A stretch of DNA of 64,000 nucleotides from Camelus ferus (GCF_009834535.1 NC_045696.1:23748001-23812000), one strand, 5' to 3'. Positions 23,011 through 36,341 are shown, counted from the stretch's first letter. The notes: generated by a model from the sequence alone, not told the origin. Numbers and translations are program-made.

Positions 23011-24849
23011 TCTTTGTAGTCTTTTATAAAAATTAACAAAGAAACTGCATATTAAATTTTAATTTTACTATTTTTGTGGGGCTCGAGCTGTCTCAGAAGT
23101 CCATAGAGCATACAGATCTAGCAAACCCCTACGTTTCTTCATGTAAATGTTAATGTTACAGGTTTTCATAATCTAAAAAACTTTTATCCAAACCTATAAA
23201 TTACCTTCAATCTTCAGCAGCTTTCTTTAAGCTTCCATTCTCTGGCTGAGATGTTAATGAGTATTGGGATGACAAGACAAAGAATCAGAAAAGACAGAGA
23301 ATTAATCCACTAAATGGAAACACAGTCACTGCATGATCTATGTTTTAAAAGATTATAAGAAATGAACTCTTTCAAAGTGATGTCTAAGGATTTTTCCCTG
23401 GCGGTTAAGAGAATTAAATTATGGAGTAAAGGAAGTAGAAAAACAAACAGATTGTATTGAGACTGGTTGATCAATGTTGTCTAAACAGTTGATGCGAGTC
23501 AGGGTAAACAACACTGATAGTGGCAGTGTGAGGAAATCGTTCTGTGTGCCTACTCTTCAATACATAAGTAAAAGTTCCATGGACTCGAGTCTGCATGTTC
23601 ACTAAGAGGAAACTAGATCATAGAGAACACTAGCCCTATTTAGAGAAGAGGATCTTGCCCAAGACAAGGTAAATCCTAGAATATTAATTTTCAGCAACAG
23701 CATCAGCTACCTACTCGTTGATCATATTTCTCTTTGTTTTCAAAGAGATCAGGATATTTCAAAATGTTGGAAAAATTCATCCCTCATATTGTCAAACCAG
23801 TTCTTTTACCAACGAAGAGACTGAGATCTTGAGAGATGCCATGAGTTGTTCCTGGCTGCACAGGTTCTTCGTAGCACAATTTGCCTAATTTCCTAAACCA
23901 ATACTCCTCCCATCTTTGCACTCTGCCTCAAGATAAATTAGATTCCCACTTAATTCTTTATTTACCTTTAACTAATTGGGCTGCCTTCCTTTACATAGCA
24001 GACCAAAGAGTTGCCAATGGTAAAAACAGACTTATCAAATGAAGGCCGCTTCGTAAACCCCAATTCAAAAGATCCCTCTACTGGATATTTTCAGAAATCT
24101 GGAGGGATTCCTGATCCTTGCATTTCTTATTTATTCAGGGTGCAAGAGTGTAAACAACCTAAAATACCTTAAAAAGGCCAGTTTAGCGACTGCTGATCTT
24201 GAACACCAAACTGAGAGAATAATGGAATAACAGTTTGATCTAGGGAATAAACAGCATGGAAAGCCAAACACTTAACTGAATTGGTTGTCCTTTCAATCTC
24301 GCCTTTCATTCCCAGGGTGGTAGAAGGGTGTTTGGAGGGCTGCATTATGTTGCTCACTCCCTCTGGCCAAAGAGGCCAGGGCTTCTCATTAATTTAATGG
24401 GAAACTGCTAAGCCCTTACCATTCTCACCATGAAATGCACCGCAGGCAGCACTACCTGTCATCCCGATTTATTACTGTCTGATAGCTAGAGTGCTGCTGG
24501 CCTTACAACATCTTAAGGAATCCACTCTCTTTTGGTAGGGTTTGGATTTCAGTATTTCAGTATAGGAGGAGCACATTTTAAATGCCAAGTAATAAACAAA
24601 AACATGTTAATGAGATTTTTTTTAAAAAAATAATTGCATTCTTTAAAAGAGGGTGATATGGGGGGAATAGAATCCAAATGACAGTAGAGTGTGGTTGAGA
24701 GGCGATGCTTTCTCTTTTTAAGGTTGTAGGCAACGTCCCTACTTTGCAATTTGCTGATTAAATGCTAATTTAAAGGAGACATAAAATATACTTACTCTCT
24801 TAGAAATTCCACTACAAATCAGACTAAAATATCCTATGGAACTGGATGG

Positions 24850-24960
24850 TTAACCTTCTTATTTAAAGATGAGGAATGTAGGCTGAGAGAAGTTGAGCAA
24901 TTGGGTACAGATCCCACAGCCAGTAAGAATCAGGGGTGGAGGGAATCCAGGTCCTGTAAT
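24850..24960 (-). mobile_element. MIR SINE core fragment
   Basis: ATTTAAAGATGAGGAATGTAGGCTGAGAGAAGTTGAGCAATTG...CCCACAGCCAGTAAG. Confidence 0.6.
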
Positions 24961-26491
24961 TCCTCAGCTGGCACCGAGCTTCCGTGATACCCAGTTGTTC
25001 TTTGTTGAACCTATTCTGAGGTTGGTTCATCTGGCAGGTGGAAGGAATAAGGCAAATTGCTCTTACAGGGCAGAATTTTTGTTGGAGATACAGGTGGGCT
25101 GGTGGGTGGAGAATATCTAGTTTGACCCTGTTTTATAAAGAAGATGGCTTTTGAAACTACCATGGGTTGGATCAACATAGAGCTAGGTCTGGTACAATGA
25201 AAAGATCATGAACTCACCGTTGGGGCTTCCAGTATGCAACCACAGATTTGTTTAGGTGGTGAGGCGGGGGCAGTCACGGCTCTCTTAACTCTTTAGTTTC
25301 CTCAAGCACAAATAGCAACAAAAATGTAAGCCTCAGAAGAGCTGTTTAATGGTTAAATTTTGGGTAGAATTATGTAAAACATCCGGCAGAATGATTCACT
25401 TGTATTTGGTGTTTAATAAACATTTAAAAATAATTGACCAGCTTTCTAAGGCAATTCACCATTTAAACTTAAATCTGAGATTAAAGCTATGCTTAGGGAA
25501 AGCAAGCAGTGAGGGAGGCTCTGAGGCTGGTATGTTCTACAATTTGATAAATGAACCACAGAACTTTAAAAACATTAGAAGCATGTCAGTGTTGTATTTC
25601 ATTTGTCTAGGAAATACAATGCCTTCTAATAAGTTAACAAATCATAAGGCCATCTAGGTCCCTATTTCCTAGACATTCTATCTAACTTTAGTACATCTCA
25701 GTCTTAGCATTGCTGGAACATAATAGGAACAACTGAGGAGGCACCAAAAAAGCCTCTGAACGCAACACATTGTAACTGACAGAGTTCTCTCATTATACTC
25801 TTCTTCCGTTTGTGCTGTGTTGTAGGCAAGATGATTCTCATTTGTCCTGTGATTGTTATTTTCTGCATGTTATTGATCTAAGGCAAATAGGATTCAGAGG
25901 AGAAAGTGCTTTCCTGAGCTTTTGTCCTTTCATGTATCAATAAAATACATCAAAGGAGCAATTTGGAGATCTCTCTGATTGTTATTCTTCACACAGTTTT
26001 GCCATGTGGATGGATATTGGGAGAACAAGTGTTCCATTGGTCCTAAGAGAATTAATAACAATATATTCTCAACTAAATATAGGCCATCTTGCCTGCCTGG
26101 TATTCATGAGGTTCTCGGGAAATATCACTGAATAAGACACAGGTGTCCTCCGGGAGCTCACAACTTAGTGCTTGTTCATTAAGCTCCTACAAAAATTTAC
26201 AGAGCTGATGTTTTAGAAAAAAAAAAGAAAGAGAAACTACAGACCAGTGTTTGAGGAGCAGCAGTGTAACCAACAGAAGCTTATTGTAAGAGAAAGAAAG
26301 AGAAAGAAGGATTCCGGTGTTTATCTGGGGGGGTGGGGGGGGTGGTGGAAGTTTGATTATACACGTCCATCTTTACAAGTTCACTTTTAGCTTTAAGATA
26401 TCCGGATTGCCTTTTTTCCTTTTTGCTCATTCATCCCCTTGACTTAAAGTCTAGGTGGACAGACCATTTTGAAACTTTAATAGAATGATTT

Positions 26492-26876
26492 TGATAGGGT
26501 TCAGGACACACTAACCCAAAATATGGCACTCTGGAATAGTGAAGACGTTAAGCTGAAGGAGTTTGAGAAAACAAGAGAGCAGGCAGGTCATCTGACCTCT
26601 GGTAGCCCGTCAGTTTCCTCTATGACCGTCTACTTCTCATAAAACCTAGCATCAAATGCTCAGGTCTGTTACTTTGGGTCTTCTTTTTGTTACAGAAATT
26701 TCTTTATAAATGTAAATTTCCTTTACAAAAAGGGAAATTCATACTTTGCATATTTTGGAAGTTAGGGGGAGGCAGAGAGCTTTCTCTGTGCCTGCTGGTT
26801 CTCAGTTGCCTTTAGTTCTAAATAATCCTTCTGCCGAAGAGGCATATTTTGAGATGGGATATTCTGGTATTTTTCA
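26492..26876. mobile_element. Two MER34-like ERV1 LTR 5' fragments joined in opposite orientation
   Basis: Left TGATAGGGTTCAGGACACACTAACCCAAAATATGGCAC...AAGCTGAAGG; right end reverse-complements to TGAAAAATACCAGAATATCCCATCTCAAAATATGCCTCTTCGGCAGAAGGATTATTTAGAACTAAAGGCAACTGAGAA. Confidence 0.65.
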
Positions 26877-28405
26877 CCATGAATAAACTATAGGATTTAC
26901 TTAGGTGGAGAACAATATCAAGGAATTTTCAAGTCGAGATAACATCATAAGCGAAAAAAAAGTATGAAAGAATATAGATCATTTGGAAGAATAACTCTGT
27001 TTTAACAGTGTGGGGCATTTTAAATAAATGAAAGAGGAGTGAAACCACAAGTTTCTCCTCAAAAGGATAAGGATGGGGTAAGGGCCACACAAGTTACAAA
27101 GGTGGTAACATGTTTGCGTGAAGGAGATTTAATACTCCTTGGTGCTGAAGAAGAAATCGCGGTGGAAAAATTTGCCATTACTTAAAAAGGTCAGAAATAG
27201 TTGGGTAAAAAACAAATGATTAGAAAACGTACTATCTTTGCAAAATTTGCGGTGATACCAAAAAAACTGGCAAGTGTCCATGGTGTTTAAACAGTTTCAA
27301 CAGAAAGACTTCTAAAAATCCTGTGTTTTCTGGGATGGGTAGGAATGGTGTGGTGTACTGGGTAAAATGTTTCATTTTTGATTAACACCATATAATAAGC
27401 ATCTTGCTATAGATTTAAATACTTTTCTACAATGTAGTTTAAAATGGCTGAATGCATTTAATTGCATAAATATATCATAATTTATATAACAAATTTCAAA
27501 ATCTTAGGCATTTTAGTTGCTTCCTATTTTTCACATGTGAATAGTATTTCAATAAACATATATTGTATCTCGGTTTTCAAATATTTATAAAAAATCTGTC
27601 TTTCCTCTACTGGAATTGAAAGATAATTTTACTATGTATTAAATTTCTATAAATATTTGAGTCTCTTTCTGGACTTTATGTTGTTTCATTGTTCTGCCTG
27701 CTTTTCCTTTCACACTATTTTAAATTTTTCTGTTATTTCTATTAACATCTCATAGAGAAAATCACACTTCATTAAAAAAAAACAAACTCTGGGCAATTCT
27801 CTCTTATATCTTCTTCCAACTAGTATTTTTAAGAATTTTGACATCTATTGGACTTGCAAAACATTCATAAATTAGAGGAGAATTGACATTTTAAATATAC
27901 ATAGTGAATCTTCTAAACATTAAGATAGTCCTATTCTTAGTTCACTCTTGGCTTTATTTAAAATGACACTTTTACTTTTACCTTTGATACCAGGTTTTGA
28001 ATTCTAATATGTAGCCTGTCAGATATTAAGCCATCTAAAAACTAAGATTTTTAAAAAAATCAAGAATAAAAGCTAAATTTTATTAACAAAATACATTTCT
28101 GGTATCAAGCTGATCATATAATTTTTCTTCCTTTATGTAGTATATGATAAATAATATTAATAGGGTCTAATTTTGAATTATATCTTGTATTCCTAGAATA
28201 ACCATACTGGGTCATGAATGGCATATTACCATTTTAAGGTAATTCTCAGTGTTTTGCTAATATTTTGTTTGTAATTTTTATACCTAAATTCTTAAATGAG
28301 ATTTGTCTATGATTTCTTTGCTTTTATTTATTTTTTAAAGGCTATGTTTTTACTGTCTTTAGAAAATAACTCTACGAAATTTCCATCTTTAAATATGCTC
28401 TATAA

Positions 28406-28585
28406 CCATGCTGTCCAATACACACTGAGGAATTGAATATGGCTCATCTGAATTGAGGTGTTCCGTAAGTGGTACATACATGTCAGATTTCAAAGACTTA
28501 ATCTGAAAAAAAATACAAATATCTCATTTTTATATTGATTATATATTGGAATAATATTTTGAGTGTATCTGCTTTTATAAAACCT
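28406..28585. mobile_element. MER33/MER3-like hAT-Charlie fragment
   Basis: CATGCTGTCCAATA...TGAATTGAGGTGTTCCGTAAGTG..CATACATGTCAGATTTCAAAGACTTA. Confidence 0.65.
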
Positions 28586-29006
28586 AATTATTACAGTTAA
28601 TATATTATTACAATGATATACTTTTACAAAATTCAGTTTACCCAGTTTTTATCTCTTATGCCTTATTATATTTCTATTGTATGGCTCCTCTTTATAATAG
28701 TCTAAATAGGAAATGAATGATTTAGTTCTTAGAAATTTGAAAGGAATCATCTGTCACAGTAACTAAAGAAGAGTATTACCAGGGCATGAACAGACAGACA
28801 AATTCATGTAACAGCATTGAAAGTGCATAATTTGCATGTTTTTAGGATAATGATACTTCAACAACAATTTTAACGTATTTTTGTTTGTGGAAACTTTCTA
28901 CCACGTTTTCAATTTTTAATAGCTCATATTTTCCTAGAAAATTATTTTCACTCAGATTTTCAAAGATTTTAGCATAGAGTTATACATTCTTTAGCCTTGC
29001 TATCTA

Positions 29007-29225
29007 TGGTGATGTTCCCAACAGGGGGTGATTGGCCTCTCCTGGGGACATTTGGCACTGTATGGAGATATTTTTGTAGCTCAGAGATGGGTGGGAGTGC
29101 TTCTGGCATCTAGCTGGTGGACTTTAGGGATGCTGATAAACATTTTACAATGCAGAAAGCAGCCCCCTGTATAGCAAGGAATTTTCTGGCCCAAATGTCA
29201 GCAGTAATATTGTTGAGAAAATCTG
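29007..29225. mobile_element. MER20 hAT-Charlie DNA transposon
   Basis: GGGGGTGATTGGCC..CCTGGGGACATTTGGCACTGTATGGAGATATTTTTG...CTGGCATCTAG...GGGATGCTGATAAACATTTTACAATGCA...GGCCCAAATGTCAGCAGT...GTTGAGAAA. Confidence 0.88.
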
Positions 29226-29564
29226 ATCTATAATAATATCCTCAGTCTCCTTTGGTGTGTTTCAAATTTAGGTTTTTGCCTCTTTTCCTTTCTTTTTCAC
29301 CCCATTTAGCTCTTCTAGAGCTTTGCTTATCCTGTAGGTCTTTTTAGCAAACTAGTGCTTGGATTTATCATTTTTGCATTTTAATATTTTATAATTCGTT
29401 TAATTACAGTTCTTCATCTCTATTAATTCTCCTTTCTGTGCCTACTTCCTAGTTTCATGTTGTTCTTTTTTATATTCTTAAGTGATATTCCTTTGTTAAG
29501 CATAAAATGCTCTTCATTTTCCTATGAGTGCATTTTTTACCTGGTCCCATAAGATATTTAAAAT

Positions 29565-30615
29565 ATTTTGTTGAATGATAACTAATATACATGGAGAAAA
29601 GTACACATACCATGGGTATAAAGCTTAATGAATGTTTTCAGACTGAATATGTTCATATAAGCCGTCCCAAGTGAGCAAACCTGCGTGACCTGCACTTGGA
29701 TCAAGAAACAGAATACACCAGCTTCCCAGAACCCTCCCTTCTAGTCACAGCCCTCTTACAAGGAACTCAACAGCATAGATTAAGTTTTCCTTTTTTTTGT
29801 ACTTTATATAAAGAGAAAATGCAGTTTGTAGTCTTCCACGTGACATCTTTGGCTTAACGTTATTTATGAGCTACATTCTCATTGCTAGACAGTATTTCAT
29901 TCTGTGACCACATCACAATTAGTTTATCCATTCTGGACATTTGGATCCTTTCTACTTATACAGTATCATATATAGCGTCGCTATGAACATTCTAGTAGCT
30001 ATGTTTCGGTGAACATACAGATGCATTTCTGTTGGGAATATACCTGGAATATACGTATTCAGCATTAGTTGATACTGCTGGTTTTCCAAACTGGTTGTTA
30101 CGTTTCATGCTTATCAGCAAGGATGAGACATTTGGTTACTCCGTATCCTTGCCAAAATTTGATATTGATGTTCTTTTTAATTTTAGCCATTCTGTGAGTG
30201 TGCAGTGATTTCACATTATAGATTTAATTTGTATTTTTCTGTTGTCTAGCAAAGTTAGTATTTTTCCTAGTTTATTGGCCATTTAGGTATTTTCTTTTTG
30301 AAGTGACTTCAAATTTTTGTCCACGTTTTGATCGTATTCTCTTAAAGATTTTTTTTAAAGTTTCTTTCTGCTTATGAGATTTTTGTTACCTATCTGTATT
30401 ATCAGTATCTTCTTCTTCTCTGTAGGTTTTCTTTCACCCTCTCAATGATCTCTTTTTGATAAACATAGTTTTTAATTTTAATATCGTTCAGTGTATCACT
30501 TTGTTTCCTTTGAAGAGGTGTTTTTATTTCTTGTTTAAAACATCTTTGTTTATTCTAAAGCCATAAAGATGTTCTTCATTGTTGTATTTGTTAAGTTTTA
30601 TTGTTTTACCATGAT
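29565..30615 (-). mobile_element. Old L1 3' end (L1MC/L1MD-like)
   Basis: GAAAAGTACACA...GCTTAATGAATGTTT...GATCAAGAAACAGAATA..CCAGC..CCCAGAA; GCTATGAACATTCT; TATCCTTGCCAA. Confidence 0.7.
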
Positions 30616-31854
30616 CACTTAGGTTTCATGAATAGACGTATTACTGTTTATATTCAGGAGAATTTAAAAGTGCACTCAATTTCTTCTTTCATGAGTTAAT
30701 TAGGACAGTGTTTTAAAGTTTCCCTGTAGTCTGATTTTTTTTTTTGGCTTGTTTATCTTTTACTAGTAATTTTGAATTTTTTTGTGTGCATCCATATGGT
30801 TCATACAATTTCTACCTTTGATAATTTATTGAGTTTCTCAGACATAGTATGTTATTATTTTTTTGTAAATATCCCTAAGACATTTAGAAAGAAAGATTAT
30901 TTTCTGTTGAAGTTCGAAATTCTGTATATAACATTATTAGTTATAGTTATAGCTATTAATATTGAATGAGTACTTACATATTGCCCCAAACCCTGCTAGT
31001 AAATGGGGGAAACACATTTGGTACCCAGGTTGTATCATTCTTTAGGCAATGTCCTTAACCACTTTATACATATTTCTTTATCACTAAATTATTGTTTTTA
31101 TATTTTCTATTTTCTAAATTAACATATTAAATATGATATCAATGGTTTTATATACTAAACTTTTGTCTTGAATGACCAAAGGCTGAAAACTTTAAATATT
31201 TCTTACCATGATTACATTTTCTCAATTTTACACGGTTCCATTAGATTTTACATGGTTCCATTAGATTTTGTTGTTTTTGCAGTGCCATGGTGTATAGCAC
31301 ATAAAAGTTCATACCTTTTACAAATTTATTATGGATTTTGCCTGCAAAAGATTGACCGGGTTAACAGGTGTAAGGTATTTGGAAACAGTGCTTGCTTCGT
31401 ACATTGTAACCATGCTGAAAACACTACTTCTGTTTTCTCCCTTCTTAGATTTCCGATCTTGATTGGGTGTCCATGAGCTGTTACTTTCTTCTTGCACTTT
31501 TTATGGAAGTCTACTTAGGTATTTATTTCTGCATTTATTTTTTCTTATACATGTGTTAGCTTGACTGGATATGGAATTCTTGGATCATAGAGTGATTTTC
31601 ATGAACTCTGAAGGTATTGCTCCATGATCCTCTGACATTTAGTATTGCAGAAAAGTTTGATGCCAACTTTCCTTTATACATCACTTGTCTGCACCCCAAC
31701 CATGTTAATGCCTATGAAACTTATTTTGTCTAGGCCTGAAATTTAAATACGTCAACCAGCTATATCAGGCTTAAATCTGTTTTAATTAAATGTCTTTTAT
31801 ATTTCTAAGTACATGACTTTCTCCAGTACAGATAAATTTTATTTTCTAATATTT

Positions 31855-32150
31855 TTTTCTTTTTAATAGGTAAAAATATATTGGTTTTAGGTGTACAATA
31901 TAATAATTTGTAATATACGTATATTGTAAAATGATCACCACAGTAAGTCTACTTAACATTACCACACATAGTGTCAATTGTTTTTTGGTGATGAGAACTT
32001 TTAAGATCCATTCTCTTGACAACTTTCAAGTATTTTGAGTGTATTATAATATAATACTATTCAGTATAGTTACTATGCTGTACATTACACTACCAGAACT
32101 TACTTATTTTATAACTTAAAGTTTGTACTTCTTTACCACATTCAGCCATC
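31855..32150 (-). mobile_element. L1MA-like 3' UTR fragment
   Basis: TTTTAGGTGTACAATATAAT...GTAAAATGATCACCACAGTAAGTCT...GATGAGAACTTTTAAGATCCATTCTCTT...TACTATGCTGTACATT. Confidence 0.8.
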
Positions 32151-32209
32151 TCTTTCTTTCTTCTTTTTCTTTTTTGCTGTTCCATCTGCTGAGTCTTTCT
32201 AGACTTCTT

Positions 32210-32755
32210 TTTTGTTTGCTTTCATTCTGCTTTTATTTTTTTCAGTTTTATTAGGTAGGATTATTACAGTTCGACTGCACGTATACATTATATTGCATGT
32301 AAATACATATATACAGTATACTGCACATTTTTTTAGTTTGCATATATGTACTAATCATTGTTTCTAAAAAGAGATTAGAGCTTTAGCTTTTTAAACTTTA
32401 CATAGTTATCAAAGGAATAAAGCCAACTACAAAATAAGCATCAACAGAATGCGGTAATCCAACCATAAAGGACAGTCACATGTGCTTACACATAATTCAA
32501 GAAATCAGTCATCTAAGTTATAAATAATAAGTAGTTCATTTGTGTTATTATTATTATTATTATTTTAGATTCCTCATATAAGTGATGTCTTATGTCATTT
32601 TTGTTTTGTTTTGTTTTTCCCAGCCCACTTCACTTAGAATGACGATCTTCAGGTCCATCCATATTGCTGCAGATGGCATTATTTTATTCTTTTTTATGGC
32701 TGAGTCTTGTTCTTTTGTGTTTCCATACAAATTTTAACATTTTTTGTTTCAGCTC
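32210..32755 (-). mobile_element. L1 insertion with an atypical 3' end and internal deletion
   Basis: Perfect 13-bp TSD TTCTAGACTTCTT (32197-32209 and 32756-32768); L1 ORF2-end sequence at 32533-32755; non-canonical ~300-bp tail ending in AATAAA plus A-tract on the minus strand. Confidence 0.85.
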
Positions 32756-33344
32756 TTCTAGACTTCTTATAAAACTTATTTTAGATTTCCTGAACTTGTC
32801 TTCCAATTTTTTTTAACTTTGCTGGTAACATTTTCTACTTTCTTTGGAAGTTCTGGAAGAATTTCTCTAGAGCTTATTTTTCTAATCCATTGATTCTAAT
32901 TCTACAGAATCTTATCTTGTGTTTATGAATTCCATTGCATTAGAAAATTTAATGGTCATATTTTTCTCATCTCAAAGCAACTTTTCATGCTCTCAGATTA
33001 TACCTTTTTTTCTGATTTCACGCTTTTCTACTCAATAGACAAAATGTCCTCTTGAATCTTTTAGAAAATACATGATGGAGATTTTCTATAGTTTTTTTCC
33101 CGCTTTTACTAATAAAGCCACTTTTAAGGGGATGTTTTTTTCTACCTGCTCAGCTTAATTGCCTTTTTTTGAACTACTAAATCTTTATAATTTTCTCTTT
33201 GTTTATCCTTACCAATAAGCATGTGTGGGTGAGATGGAAAACGAGAGAGATTGATTAGATGAGTAATTGATGAAGGAAATTGTAAGCTTGTCCATATTTG
33301 GAGATTTATGTGATTTCTTTCAAAGGTTGTTTTGATTAAACCAA

Positions 33345-33450
33345 AAAGAAAAGGAGGACAAAGAGGAGAGAATAGAGGGAAGAAAGGAAAGAGAAGAGAA
33401 AGGGGAAGAAAAGAAGGAAAGAAAAAGGAGAAGACAAAAAGGAAGATAGA
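33345..33450. repeat. Purine-rich (GA/AAG) low-complexity tract
   Basis: Nearly pure A/G run, directly visible. Confidence 0.85.
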
Positions 33451-34129
33451 ATTAGCTCTAGTTTTATACCGCCAAGTTATGGGCCATTACCTCTGAAGAG
33501 GATGGTGTGAATTAAAGCCAGGGGCAGCCACACCGGGGAGTTTTGCCCCTGTGCCAAAGAGAGTCTATTCCTTCTTTGTTTTCTGGGATAATGTCTTTAT
33601 TTTCTAACTGGTAAGGCTTTTCTCTTAAGAGGCCAGGTATGGCACTGCCCCCATTCTATTTGGCTTGCTCTATATTTCAAGTGTAAACTGTTTAAGTGTA
33701 ACTGGGAGCAAACTATGCAGAGTAATCTCACCCTTGTTAGCTCTAGATTTTCAGCCCCCTCCCCAAACTCCCTACCATTGTCATAATGACAATTTTCACC
33801 CCAGGCTCTGCTGCTCTGTACTCGGGGTCATGAACTGTGAATTGGCCAGCAATTCCCCCAATACAGTGCCAATATAGCAATATATTCTGCAGATATTTCT
33901 TGACTTTTCCCACAATAGTTTGGTTTCCTTCTCTGATTTTCAGAGCTGATTCAGATTCTCCACACTTTTTGAATTCCTTTGGACATTCCATTGAGAAATT
34001 GGGAGAATGAGAAGTTAAATGCAAGGATTCAAAAGTCTGTCTTTTTAAGTTAGAATAGCTTATTTTCGAGCATTATGTCACAATGAGCACATTATCAAAT
34101 CAGTAAGAGTTGTTGACATATCTCCTAAT

Positions 34130-34240
34130 TCTTGTGGTCCTAAACTCTGGCCTACAGACCAGCTGCATTGGAAGTACCTGGGGATTGCTTTATGACCTGG
34201 GGATTCTCAAATCCCACCTCAAAGATTCTAACAGAGTACA
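34130..34240. mobile_element. MER5-like DNA transposon fragment
   Basis: GACCAGCTGCATTGGAAGTACCTGGG...GATTCTCAAATCCCACCTCAAAGATTCT. Confidence 0.5.
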
Positions 34241-35715
34241 TTTTAGTCTTTTCTTTATGAGAGCAAATGTAAATTAATTTTTCTTTTAGACTTTCATGAC
34301 AGTTATTAAGATAACTAGAGACCCCCTGAAGTGTGGCAACAAGAAATTACTGCTCTAACTGTAGGGTGGGTGTAGCTACATCTGAATAGGACACTATTTG
34401 AAAATGAAATAGTAATCCCCTACAAAGTCTTCACTGGAGTCCTTAGATCTGGAAAAGTAATTTCATCATTTGTTGGTGATTATTCGGGAAAATCCTATTG
34501 TGCCTTTTTAAGATGATAGTTGGAACTGTTGGAGGGAAAATGAAGAGGAACAGCTGGAGGCTTTGCAAGTACTTTCATGAGCAGAATGTTCCATGCCAGG
34601 AGGGAATGCATTTTATAAGAATTTTAAAATAAAAAATGTTCTGCTTCATGAATACATTTTTATCAGTGTTATTTAGACACTTCAATACTGATTGAGTTTA
34701 TCTTCTGGGGCAACAAGCATAGATACACCTATTACTAAAGATTTAGTTGACACTTTCTGGTTTTATTTGGAGAAAGAGGGGTTGGCTATTTAGACTAGTT
34801 CATAATTCAAATCCACTGAAATTGACTAGAAATGTTTATGCTTAAAATGACCTATGCAAATACAAGAAAATAGAACACATTTAACAACCCTTTTAACCTA
34901 GGAACTCTGCCCTCCGGCGTTTAAGCATCTGGTTTCCCTTTCTTGCCAGCCAAAACTAACAGCCAGAGCCCCTTAAGAAGAGGGATTAGATGTAAAATCC
35001 TGGTAAATCCCATTCAGTTTGAGCTCTGTACCAAGAACAGAAGGACATTTGTTGTCCATCTGTCTTTGTATGAAATGGGAGACTTCGGTGCTAGCACCAC
35101 AGTGCAGTAGAGGGTCTGAGTCTATCTTTTAGTGTATTTTTATTCAAGCTGCAATCCCACGATGCAGATATATATCACTCTGTGGTCTGAAATCACCAAA
35201 ATAAAATTGCTTAAGGCCTCTTTATAATTCTGGGCTAACAAAACAATAACACCCACATCTCAGTGGTTTGTGTGATTACACACACAAATTGCAGGTTTTC
35301 TGTTAGGTTTACCACTCCCCTAGGAACTTTAAATCTCATTGTTGCTGGTCTCTAATTCCTTCACCTTCTTATTCTAAGTGAAACTTGGGATTGAAAGCAA
35401 AAAAGCATTTGCAAAGTTTAGAGGTTCAGAACTCCACCTAAGAAAATGAGTTAACATGCAAATCCTTTGTGTAGATCATTGCATCATCAAGATGAGAACA
35501 AAAAAGCATTTATTAAATTTAATTATAGAAGGTGTGCATACAAAATAGGTAGGAAAAGAGCAATTTAGGCATAAAACATAAGTCAAGGATGACTGCACGA
35601 AAGGCATTTAAAACAATAGTAAGAATACGTATGAGGACCTGCCCTGTGTTTCAAAGCCACTAGGTCCTCCTAGGGCACAAAGTGTCCATGCACACACACA
35701 CTGTGGCCTTTGCAC

Positions 35716-36341
35716 TGTACTAGCTTTCTATTGCTACATAACAAATTGCCACAAATTGAGCAGTTTACCACAACATTCATTTATTATCTCACAGTTTCTA
35801 TGGGTCAGGAATCTGGCATGTTTTAGTTTGGTTCCATGTTCAGTGCCTCCTGTGACTGAAACGAAGGTCTCAGCTGGCTGCATCCTCATCTGGAGGGTAA
35901 AATGGGGAAATCCACTTCCAAGCTCCCTCAGGTTGTTGGTGGAATTCATGCTTGCAGCTGTGTAACTGAGGCCCCTATTTTCTTTCAAGCTGTTGGCCAG
36001 GGGTCACTATCAGCTCCGTCACCCAGAGAGCTTTCCTTCACCCAGAGGGCTCCTTCCACAGGCCTTCCACAACATGACAGCTTACTTCCCTAAAGTCTTC
36101 ACTTGATTAGGTCAGGCCCACCATGATCATTTCCCTTTTAATTAACTAAGAGCCAACTGATTAGGGACTTTAATTATATCTGTAAAATCTCTTCACTTTG
36201 CCAAACAATGTAACCTAATCATAAGATTAGCAGTTTATCATAATCACAGATTTTGACGGCACTCCAGAAGAAAATTCAACAAGGCATGTAAACCAGGGGA
36301 CAAGGATTTGGGGGAACTGTCTTAGAATGCTGCCTACCACA
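35716..36341 (-). mobile_element. MaLR solo LTR (MLT1E-like)
   Basis: TGTACTAGCTTTCTATTGCTACATAACAAATTGCCACAAA...TCTCACAGTTTCTATGGGTCAGGAATCTGG...TCTTAGAATGCTGCCTACCACA. Confidence 0.88.

Larger units (their letters stand above)
27370..33200 (-). mobile_element. Patchwork of ancient, highly decayed L1 (L1ME/L1MC-like) sequence hosting younger insertions
   Basis: Very T-rich plus strand with L1-antisense phrases such as ATTGACATTTTAAA, CATACTGGGTCATGA and TTTTAATTTTAGCCATTCTG...GATTTAATTTGTATTT; boundaries approximate. Confidence 0.55.

Noticed and set aside
26327..26348. G-run (G7 T G8 TGGTGG) as a functional G-quadruplex
   Set aside because: It is an isolated homopolymer-like run with no supporting context such as a promoter or CpG island.
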